A stretch of 64,000 nt of DNA from a virus, in IMG/VR virus record IMGVR_UViG_3300046355_000213, positions 1-64,000 of that record; one strand, 5' to 3'. Below the pieces are notes generated by a model. The model had not been told where the DNA came from. It did not search any database and saw nothing but the letters and a program-made list of their open reading frames with translations. The translations under genes and the position numbers were made by a program. Shown here piece after piece: positions 46,140 through 58,100 of this stretch (positions within the stretch are counted from its first letter, which is position 1; each line of letters opens with the position of its first letter).

Positions 46140-49100
46140 TTAATTGCAACCTTTGTCTTTATCTTCTTTTACTTGGTCAATCTGAGCGCTTCTCACAAAC
46201 TTGCGTACACCTTCTGCATTGCGCAGTACCTCGGTAGCGCCTGTGCTTGCTACAGCAGCATTGAATATCACCAGCTTCTTGCGCGGACGTGACACGGCTG
46301 TGTACATCATGCGGTTCTGCTGTTCTGTTCCACCAGGGAATGACATGATATCATTCTCCAGTACATACGTTGAGTCATACGTACTACCCTGGACTTTATG
46401 AGAAGTGATGGCATATCCGTAGCCAATATCTACGATAGAACCTTTCAGGTCATAAAACTTTCTCCAGGCTGCCTTAGACTCAGACGTACCTCTTGTGTAT
46501 TTTTTAGCTGCAGCAGCTTCCTGTGCCAGGATAGTTTTCCACTTAGCCTTCTCCGTTGGGTTGATGGTCAGCATGGTTGACTTTCTTACGTTAGCCTCAC
46601 CGTTGATATCTACCACAGGAGTGTTAACCGTGATCTCATAGATAGGGAAGCCATACTTTGCAGAAACATCATTGCTGGTTTCTCTTACAGCAGATACTTT
46701 TCCTTTGAAGCCATTCTCAAAAGCAAGCTCTTTACCTACATAGTGAGGCGTGTTTACCCGTACAAAATCTCCTGGTAAATACGGCTGCTCCATAGCATCT
46801 TCAAACAAGGCTGTTCTTACCTGGCGGTTAAAGTTGTCTACTACTTCGTTACGTGCTCCTACAATTACTGATCCTTTTGTAAAGGCCGGATTATTATAAT
46901 CTGCTACGTACTCTGTAACCACAGCTTTAACGTCATTCATGAACTGTACACCCTCGCCGTTCTCCATCTTGTCAGCACGCTCCACTAAAGGATTCTTAAC
47001 CACACCTGGCTGGTCTTTTTGGATACGCTCAATGTTTACAGCAAATACATCTGTAACAGGGATGATAGGACTCTCTGAAGCCTGTCGCATACGCTCTGTA
47101 AGCTCCGCATAGTTAGTGCCCTGCATCAGGTTCCATACAGGTGAGTCTGTGTTATCAGCCACATCAATTGGCGGGATCTGAGCATTGTCTCCCATGAAGA
47201 TGATCTTTGCACCAGGAAGCTTTCTTTCCAGAAGTCTGCCATAGATAAAGTCTCCAATCATGGAAGCCTCATCCACAATGATCAGCCTAGCTGTCTCAAT
47301 AGGATCTGCCTTACCTGCAGCACGGAAGTCTGCTTCTTCATCAGCATTACGCTCTCTGAAATACATAGCGCCAAACTTATCATAGTCCGGTATAAGTCCC
47401 AGCATAGAAGCAATAGTGGCTGTCTTGTAGCCTTTCATAGACTCTTGCAGTACGTTCTTTGCCTCATAAGAAACTGTTGTACCTACAATAGAGTTCTTGC
47501 TTACTCCTGAAGTGGCAATAGCCTTCTGGATAATAGTGGTCTTACCTGTACCTCCACGGCCTTTTAGTAAGAACTGTTGAGCATCTCCTTTTAAGAATCC
47601 TTCTATCTTGTCAATAGCATCACGCTGTCCTTCATTGGCATAGACTCCTTCAAAGAGTTCATACTTCTTATCCAGCTTATCACCTTTAGGTTGCTCAACC
47701 GAAGCTTCAGTAGGAACAACAGACAAGCTATTACTCTCTGCAAAAGGATCTCCATCCCAAGGCACTAAGTTTTCCTCATTAAATAAGTTACCTGCCTGCT
47801 CATCTTGCTGTACTAAAGCGTCTGCTTTGTTGGCAATGTCAATAGCTTCTTGAAGTGTAGGAACATAGTCAGCTATGACACCATCCGGACCCTGGATATC
47901 GTAAGTACCGTCACTTCCTTTTAAGATAGTGAATGCACCAATTTCCAAGGTGTTTGGTGCCTCTGTATTCTCAGCTGCCGGTTGCTCATTAGCCACTTCA
48001 TTAGTCTCACTTTCAGGCATGATCACCTCTGGCTTAGCTACCAGTGCAGCATTGTCAGGATACATCTCCTCACGGGTTGTATTGTTATCAGCCAGCATAG
48101 ATGTAAAGCCTACGTTATTCACTTCAGTGTACATTTTATTGCTTCCTTTTTTGTTGACAGGTCTGAAGATCATATTACCTTTGCCGTCCTCTTTGTATCT
48201 CTCATAAAGTGTATGTACATACATCTTATCATACTGACGGTTTCTTCTCAGCTCTTCTATCTGGTCCTTAGAGTATGCTTTATTAAGTTTTACCACTTTG
48301 ACATAGGGACGCTTGGCAGTATCCATGTCTACGCTTACAGATAAGAAACCACCCATGTTCTTATAGAACTTGGCATTAGGAACAATACTGTCATCCATGA
48401 CGTTATTCTGGTGGAACTGCTTCCAGATACTGGCTGTGTTCAGCTCCATCTCCGGGCTGTTCTTAAACGCATCCAGGATTAACTTAGAAGTGTTTGAAAA
48501 GATCTCCACCGGCAACACGCGTACAAAGTTGAACGCTGTCTCCTGGTTGCCGCCCTGGATCATAGTTAAATAAGCCAGGTCTTTTAAGAACCCTTCAAGC
48601 TCAGTGTTACCTGAGTTGATAGCATACTGATACAGGTCTTTAGCAGAGTCTAGTGTCAGGTTAGTGCGGTAGCTGTCTGTTACACGTCTTAGCATCTTGA
48701 TGACATCAGGCTTGCCTTCTTCACTAGCAATCACCTGCATCAATTCTTTTAAGAACATGTTGTTCTGGATATTCTTATCTGTGCTTTCCTTGATTACTTT
48801 CAGTCTGCGGGCCATGCTGTTGTTACCCATCAACAATCTTTCTGCATGTGCTGCAATGTTGGTCTGGTTACCAGACTCATCCATGAAAGGTGTAGTCTGC
48901 ATGATGTAGTTAATCAGGAAGTCGTTGTACTTCATGATCAGCTCCTCTTGCATATCACGGGTTAAGAAAGCACCTGAGTCTAGTAAGTCTAGTGCAGGCT
49001 GGAACGCTTTTCTGGTACGCTGGTCAAGGGACACAAAGAATGGTGTGAAGAGTTCAAAGATGTCTTCTTTTTGCTTCTTCAACTCACCCATAAATGTGTT

Positions 49101-52100
49101 GTCCATGATACCCTCAGGGTTGGCAATAAAGCCCTTGCTGGATACTTTTCTCCAACGGCCTATCTGCATCACGTTTTCAGTGATACTCTTAGTCTTCACG
49201 TTGTCATAGCCAATACCGGAGATAAACTCAGTCATGTTAGAAGATTGTTCCTGGTACTCAAGGAAGTCAGCCAGTACGGCTATCTGCATCTGAGCATCGG
49301 CAGCAGTCATTACGTAATCCTTAGCATTCATACGCTGAATAGAATCCCGTAGTCCGGCCTCTGTCATTGTACCTACCTGCTTGCGGTTTACGTCTACCAC
49401 TTCTTTAAACATCTTCTTAACCAACTTGAGCTCCTTAAAGTTCCCGTCCTCAGTAGCTTGTACATATCTCTTGTATAAGCTTGTCTGCTCATTAGGGTAT
49501 AGAGCTTTGTAGTACGGTGTGATCATCTTCAAAGCAATTAAGAAGTCATTGATCTTATCACCAGACAACTTCTTGAACAAACTCTTGTTCTTAGCACGCT
49601 CCTTGAATAATCTGTCCAGTACCGGTTGGTTGAACATGTATGCTAACTCTGTAATAGGAACACCTAACTTCTGTAAGTAAAACCAGGTACCAGCTGTATC
49701 AATAGTGATATTCAGAGAGAACACAAACGGGTCTTTAGCAGCATCCACAAAGCCTGATAGGGCTTCATTGATTAAGTCAGAGATCATCATACCGTCTTGG
49801 GTAGTCAAGCTATCCAGGAACAACTGATTCTCCTCGTCTAAATTGTGGCTCAAGTTGATCTTCACATCACGCATACGCGGATTGTCCCCTAAGTTTTTCA
49901 CTACGTTGTTTACCAGGTAGTACAGTTTACCTGCATCATACTTACCCGTTAGTTTAGTTTCACCCAGCTGGGTCATCACTTGAGAAGTGATCTGCAGGGC
50001 AGCAATACCTACTAGTTTTTTACCACTTAAGAAACGGTGACGGATATCCGCTGAGTCAATTAAGCTTCTGTATATTGCATACTTAGAAGATGCTGTAAGA
50101 TCTTCCACACCTTTGAGTCTGTTGATCTCATCCGCCATGTTCTTCAGAGTATCTGTAGAGTTAGGCGTAATCAACTGACGCATGTTCTCAGGAAGTGTTA
50201 CCAGGTCCTGCATGATCTCACGATAGCGGTTCTGGATAGACTTCTTCACAGCTGCATCTAAAAATGCTTTCTTGCGTGACTGTACATCTTTCATCTCTTC
50301 TAAGAAGTCCTTAGTCAAAGACTCTGAGTCAAAGAATTTACTGAACACCTCACGGATCTTCTTGCCTTCTAAAATACTGATGCTCTCTGTTGCATTATAG
50401 TACAACTGCTCAGCAAGGAATGTATCCAGTAAAGCTTGCTCCTCAGGGGTGATAAACTCCCCTTTGTTGTAAAGCTTCTCGTAGTGCTCACGCGTAGCCT
50501 CCTGGGTACCTTTCCATTCGTAGTAAGAAGCTTTACCGTTCTTAGCTACATAGAAGTTAGCCAGGTACATCTGTAACTTGTCAATGTCAAAGTCAGATCC
50601 TGCTTTACCAGTGATCTCTGAAGGCACAACTACCATGTCACCCATCTCTCTTGGCAAGAAGCCTTTGATAGTGATACTCTCAATAGAGTTCATACCTTGT
50701 GTAGGGATACGGAAACCAAGGGCTTTTAAGATACGTGGGTCAATGTCTTTTACATTGATCACTCCGTTTACAGCGCCCGGCAGATTAACACCTTCTAAGA
50801 AGTTAGGAAGATAGACCTCCATGTTGGCAATCTTGCCGTTCTCCATACGGTAGAACTTCAAGTCATTGCTTACCATGCGTACAGAAGCTTGCTCCTCTAC
50901 ACTTAAGTCTTCCAGCTTCATACCTTTGGTAGAAGTCCAGACACCGTCTTTTAAGTATACAAAGCTTCTGCTCTTACTCTCAAATAATGTGCTGGCCACC
51001 TGTACTGCAGGCTTACCGTTCATCTTCTCTGAGATCACACGGCTGTCTACAATAGAGTTCAGGATATTGTCAATCTTCTTGCGGTTAGGCAGCGCATCTA
51101 ATGGGTAGCGGAAGTCAGTCTTGCCGTACTCATTTTCAATAGTGTCAATAGCATCAATGATGTTATCAGGCAGGTCACGGCTCTTAGCTTCTTTTCTTAA
51201 AAGAGAGACCATCTTGGACACGTCCTTCACAGAATACTTACCTGCGGCGTTACGGGTAACACCCAGTTCTTTGAGTAACTTTTCTTTACCCAGCATCACC
51301 ATTTGAGCCAGGATATTATTGTACTCTGTTACTAACTTCTCAGCCTCAGGGGAAGTATACTTACCTCTGAACTTGAAGTTAGACATGATGAGTTTAGTCG
51401 GCTGTGTACCACGAACTACCGCACTCTTAAATGCGTTAGGCATCTCTTGCTGAATACCCAAGTAACGGCTTAGTAAATTTTGTACAGGAATATCAGGCAG
51501 GTTAACTGCACCTTCTTCTTCTACGATGTTTACTTTACCTTCGCTATTGTAGATAGCAGCAAACTCACCTTTCTGGTTGAGCATGTTACCAACCTTCTGA
51601 CCAGACTCAAAACCAATAATGTCTATCTGTCTGTCTAAAGCACTTAAGTATAAGTTTTCAAAAGCAGTATTTTCTACCTGGCGGTAGAACTTAGGCTGCG
51701 TAGAGTTCTTTAAGAACACGGTGTGCATCAAAGGACTCTGTGGATTGTATCCAAAGTACTGAGGCTTCAATACCTGTAGAACAGTGCCTGGATTTCCCTT
51801 AGCTAATGTTGCTCTTGCAGCATCTAGTTGAGCCTCTGAGTATGATCGGTAAGCTACATGGTCTTCAGGCTTAGAGCTGCGGGCAATCATTTCATAAGCA
51901 ATTTCATAATCCCACTGAGCTTGTTGCTCGTGCGTCATGCGAGAGCTTAAGTACAACAGGTCACGGAACATGTCTGGCATGATCCAAGCCTGGGCATCAG
52001 CTTCGTTGATGTCTAAATACTTAGCTGCATCTCCGTAGTTCTTGCCCTTGCTATCTACTTTTAGTTTTACAAACTTTCCGTCTGCTGTAAACTCTGCACC

Positions 52101-55100
52101 AATACGCTCCTCAACTGCAGCTTTATCTTTCTGTAATTCTACCATGGATTTGTACATAGTCTCTACGTACTCAATCATCATGGCTGCTACAACAGTGTTG
52201 TCCTTGAAAGATATGTTGTTAAACGTAGCCAGTTGCTCACCAGAGCGTCTCTTACCATCATGGCGGGACATATTGTCATCCATCCATTGTCTGATCTCCA
52301 GGTTGTCAATAAAGGCAATCTTGGTAGAGTTGGCACCGTTAGAACGCTTAGCCAGGTCTTTGTATAAAGCAGGGTGGCCATAGATCAACTTGTGTTGTTC
52401 TGCTACTGCTACTTCTTTGTTGATTACAAGGAAAGCAATCAGGTTGTTCAACTCATTTTCTGTGATAGCATTCTTATCCTGGATACCGTAACCGGCCAGT
52501 AACTCTGCGTTGATAGAGTTAGTGGCGTAGATCACTTCACCTGCTTCATTGTCACCTACATCAAAGAACATATCCATGTCTTCCAGTGCAGCCTTAGTAC
52601 GCTCAATCTCATTGTTGATGTACTCCATGATACGGCTAGATACTTCAGTAGACGAAATCAAACTGCTCTTGGTAGTTTTTCCTTCTACCACAGACTTGAT
52701 CCGTGCACTGAACTCAGGTCCCAGGATATCCCGGAAGTGAGCCAGCTTCTTCACCTCAGCACCGTAGTACTGGATGTTGCTTGGGTTCTTGTGCTCAGCA
52801 ATGGCCGCATCAAGCTCATCACTTAGTTGGTCTAAGTATATCGTGAGAACTTTACCACCGGATACGAATATGTTAGCATCATCAAAACTTACCAGGGACT
52901 CATTAAAGCCAAGACCAAACTCTGTACTCTTGTCTGAGTTAATGATGGTATAGTGTACGTTTCCTAACAAGTGGTTGATCTCCTGCATTACGCGGTCCGG
53001 GTAAGTCAACACATCAGTGTTCTTTCCTGTACCGGTTGCTTCTGTCACACCACTAATCAGGTGATAGTTCAAGTCAGCACCTTTACGCTTCTTGCCATTT
53101 CTGTCAAAGAAGAGCCCTCCTTTTTTCAGCAACATAGAGTTGGTCTGATACGGGTGTAATACGACTGTACCCTGGCTGTCTACGGTTCCAAACTGTGGAT
53201 TGCTCGTTACAAAGTCAGCTAAAGTCTTAGCCACCTTGAATGAGTTCAACAGGTAAGAAATAGTAGAAGGCTGTGTAATCGTATACTGGTTCTCTCCTTC
53301 TGCATTCTTATGTACCAGAACATTCTCCTCTGGCGTAGTAGCTACTTCAATGTTAAGTAATGTTTGGATTGGACCATTGACAATGCTTCTTCCAAAGAGC
53401 TGGTCAATCGTGTTGATAGACTCGTCTGTGATCTTACTGCGGATAGCACTGTAGGCATCCATGATCTCTGCCTCAAACGATTGTAAGGCTTTATTGCTGG
53501 CAGTAAACTTGATACCCATGATATCCAAAGCGTCCAGTACAGAAGCAAAGTCCGTAGCGCCCATAGCCTGAGCATACTCGCCAGAAGTTCTGTCTAGTAT
53601 AATGCTGCCATTGTCATTGATAGTAAGTAACGTCTCGCCGTTACGCTGGTTATAAGGAACCGCAGTATCTTTGATAGCATTGCTCCACTCAGCACGCTTG
53701 TTATTCTGAGACGCTGTGTCCAGGGAGGCATCATTATAGATAAGTCCGTCACCACCAAACACCATCTTGATAGGGTCATTCTGCATGTTGGTCAAGCTCT
53801 GCTCAAACGCAATACGTAGTCTGACATCATCCGGGGTCAGGTTAGCAACTTCAATCTTAGCACCTGTCTGTGGGTTCAGGTACTTCAAGCGTACCTTCAT
53901 ACGATAGATCCACTCAAAGCCTTCTTTGTACACGCCGTTCTTCTTCTGGAAGCGCTTGTCTAAGGTGTCAAACATCGCGTCAATACCAGGAACAAACTCA
54001 CCACCCTCAATGCGCGACATAGAGCCGTTCAGTTCATTAAGCAGGATAGCATAGATACGGTCATAGTTGCTTAGCTTAGGAAGACCCAAAGCGTTTTTCT
54101 TAAACTCATAACGCTTAGTCTTGTCATTGTACACGTCATCTGTCAAGCTGCCCATAAGTAACTTGAAGTTGGTTGCACCAAATCTGCGTGGGTCAATCTT
54201 TACAGCGTCTGTAATACCCAGGCCATCTGAGTTTAACTCATCCGGAATAGCCTCCAGGTCTTCAGAGATATCAGAAAATGATACACCAAAGCGGCCTATG
54301 CTTCCCTTGAACAACTCATAAAGCTCCATAGGTTGTTGCTTTATAGTTTCCATCTGTGTGTACAGACGGTTGCCAGGGATGAAGTAGTTATCTTTTAGCT
54401 CACGCTTCTCAGCTTCTGTAGCTTTACGGCTTACTTGTTTCTCATACTGCTTGACATAGTTTTGAAACACCGCGTCAAAGTGTGCTGTAATAGCCGTATC
54501 CATGTCTTGCAAAGCTGCATTGAACAGACGCACCAACTCTTTGTTGTTGTTGGCATCCGTCTTGATCAGGGCATCCATGTTCTTACCTTCTTTATAAAGG
54601 TTCATGAAGAAGTAAGACGTTAGTCCTTCTACTGCATAAGTAGTTACCTCTTGTGTGGTTCCAGGTATAGAACGGTAAACAGCTTGCAGGTTGTTCAGGT
54701 CACGCACCGGTACCGCATTGGCAAAACCACCCTGGTTGATTTTCACAAACAGGTTATTGACCACGTTGTCCATTTCAGCACGGTCTTCTTTGCTAAGGCC
54801 CAGGATCTTCTTGATGAAGTCCATCACTTTGGTAAAGAAGCTCTTTGCCTTTGGAGCACCTACCGGGAAATTACCTGTTAAGATATAAGTACGGAACTCC
54901 TCAGCCAGCATCTCACGTACATCGTACATGTTGGCATCCTTGTATTCTTTGGTCTCACCGGTGAACGGGTTGGTAAATGTACCTTTTCTGCTGCTAAATT
55001 CCTTAGCAAGGATAGCCTGCTCAGGAGCGGTCAGGTATGCGTTCCACACAGCCTCAAAAGCTTCGTGGAATGCGGTGCCTTCTTCTGCATTCTCATACAA

Positions 55101-58100
55101 GAAGATAGCTCCTCTCATAAACGCACCATAGGCCTTATTGTGAATTAACGTGCTTACTACATGTAAGGGTACGCCTGGTAAGACGCGGGTCAAAAATGCC
55201 TGCACCTTTGCCAGGTCTTCACGTTTCACATCCGGGTTACCTAAGGATAGTCTATAGAACTCATCCTGGAATGGTACTTCACCATCTTCCAGGTTGGCTA
55301 TGTCATTGCCCAGTAACACACTCATAGCCGTAGGGTCCAGTCCTTTTGTAGCAGGGCCAGCCGCTGGTGCCGGAGGTGTTGCAGCCGTTGAGCTGCCTGC
55401 AGTGGTTACCTGGTCTGCAGGTACTACTACCGCCGCTGGTTTTGCACCACCCATTCTAAGGGAACTCTTGCCTGTTGCAGGTGTATCTTCTTTCTTAGTA
55501 GGGCTCTTTGTACCTGCTACCGTAGTTGGCGCAGGAGTAGCCGTTGTAGCAGCAGGTTGAACTGCTGTGGTAGGCATAGTCTTGTTCCACTTTAGTCCGC
55601 CTGTTGCTGCAGGAGGTGTTGACACTAATGTATCTTTTTCACCAGGTGCCGGGATCTTAGAACTTACCGGCTCATCAGAGGTGTTGAATACTAAGTATCT
55701 ACCTTCTATCTGATAATCAGCACTGTTTACATTAGGGTTGTAAGGTTGGGAGTTGGTATACAGAATAGGTCTTCTGCCACCAGTGTTGTCCATCAGAAAA
55801 GCGTTGTAGCTTGGGAAGGTCTCCCGCTCTGCTACACCACCGTTCATCTTCACTGCCTGGAATGCTCCTTTCTTGTTCAGTAAACTATTGTTCACCGAGT
55901 AGTACAGGTTTTCCAGGATTGCCTCAAAGTTTCCATCTATAGAAACTTCTGTAAATGCCCAGGACTGTGTGCCACGGAATAACTTACCCTTGTTGACATA
56001 GAACTGGTTAGGTCCTGCTGCCTTACCTTTATCAGGAGAAGACCAGAATACAGTACCGCTTAGGTAGTTTAAAATATCTTTCTTTTGACGGGCCTGATCA
56101 GCAGTTAAGTTTTTCTTACCCATCAGTTTTGTCAGTGCCTTTAGTGCATCCTTTAAGTTCACAAGCTCTTCTTCTGAGAACTTGCGGCTCTTAATTCTAA
56201 ACACGTTACCTGTCTTTTTACCACGGGCAACCATACGGCCTTTGTCTACACCACCCATGTTAAGGGCTTTGTCTACTGTGCCAATAGCCAGTTCAATAAC
56301 TTCACCATTAGGATGCTCTAGGTTAAGGAAATCATCTGAGTCAGATTTGATCACACTGCCTTGTAAAGCAATCTCCTGAGGCATACCTGTATTGATATCC
56401 TTTGGGGCCAGTCTTACTGTACCTTTGCTTCTTCCTACTACAGGGAAAGCAACTACTTCACCTGCAATATTACTAGCCTTGATGGCGTCGCGCTCTGTCT
56501 TGAAGTTTTCAATGGCACCAAGTATCTGGTCATCTGTTAAATCTTTAGTGGCAAAGTTTTTCTTAACCAGTTCAACGGCTTTAGCCTTGTCTTCACCAAA
56601 GAGTACCTCACTGCCATTCATGGAAGTGTAGACAATAGTGTCCTTGGTAGGATTCTGTAACTCGTTACCCTCCTGGTCCACATACACAAAGCTGTCTCCT
56701 ACTTTCTTTACGACTACCAGCTTGATATCATCCTGGTACTTGTCTTCGCGTCTGATGCCAAAAGTATCATTGGCCGCTGTAACAGGAATTAAAAAGTAAG
56801 TGTCTGGCTCAAACATCATGCGCTCCGTAAAGCGGAAGAAGCGGTTAGAACCGTTCTCTGTATTTAATGTGCCATCCCAGTTAAAGTGCTGGCCGGTTGT
56901 CTTAAAGAAAAATGTAGAGCCAAACACAGGCTTTGAACTTCTCACCTGTCCTTCTTCATCTACCTCGTCCTCTTCAATGCCGTCATTGTCCGTATCTACT
57001 ACCGGTGTATTATCCGGCTTATTAGTAGGGTCTAAATCTTCCGGTCTGGGCAAGTCATCTGTTACTTCAACACTAGTGTCTTCTGCAGTAGTAGCAGTTT
57101 GCTCTGCACGCTTCTTAGCAAAGGCCCGGAATGCTTTGTAGTTTCTGTCTAAGTAGTTGGCAAAGAAGTCAGGGTCTGCTAATAAGTTGATGTGCTCCAG
57201 TACTGATCCCTGGTCTTCCTGTAATTGGAAGTAGTCTGTCAGGTTACCAAAAGCATCATTGGCTACAGCAGTCTGTACCGGACGTTGTCCGTTTTTCTCC
57301 AGCTCCGCGTTTACATATTCTGTAAAGAATTGACTGCCCTGCTTTTTGAATTGCTCCAAAGCTGCAGCTGTTTGCTCCGCACTCTGATCTGCTGACAAGC
57401 CCTTGTTGCCTTTAATAGCATCTACCTTGTCTAAGTATTTGGTCAGGGCTTTTTGATAGCGCTCCAATTTCTTGAGCTTGGCTTTCTTCTCAGCACCTAA
57501 CTTAGGATCTGTGTTGACTTCAATTTCCTGCTGCAACATGTTCACCTCTTTTTCCAGTTCTAACTGAGAGGTTAAAGTAAACACGGTGGAGAAAGGCAGG
57601 TTCTCAAAACCTTGCTTAGTCTTGATGCCATCCAGTACCTGTTGTTGTCTGGTAATTGTAGCTTGGTAAGTATCCTGCATAAAAGTCATCTGGTTCACAG
57701 CTTCTTTAAATGCCATGTACCGGTATGCCTCATCAATAAACTCAGGGGTACCAATTTTGTGTTGTCCCGGATTGAACGGGTTGACAAACTCTGTCTGCAG
57801 TTTGTTGTGGATCTTAGCCACTTGTTCTGCACGAGTCTGGAACTTAGTCACCTGCTGCACCATGCTCTCATGGTTCTCTTTAGAGAACTCCACACCAAAA
57901 GCCTGGGTAAATTCCTCAGGGCTCAGGTTCTTCACATAGTCTTGCATTCTACCTGTAAGTACATCCAGTGTACCGGTAGTGATACCTGTCATGATAAAGT
58001 GACGCATAGCATCATCCTGGATATCATGAAAAGTCTTCTTGTCTTTATCAACTGCCGCGTCCTTCATTAGGGAAGCAAAGTTGGCCTGCATGGTTACTCC

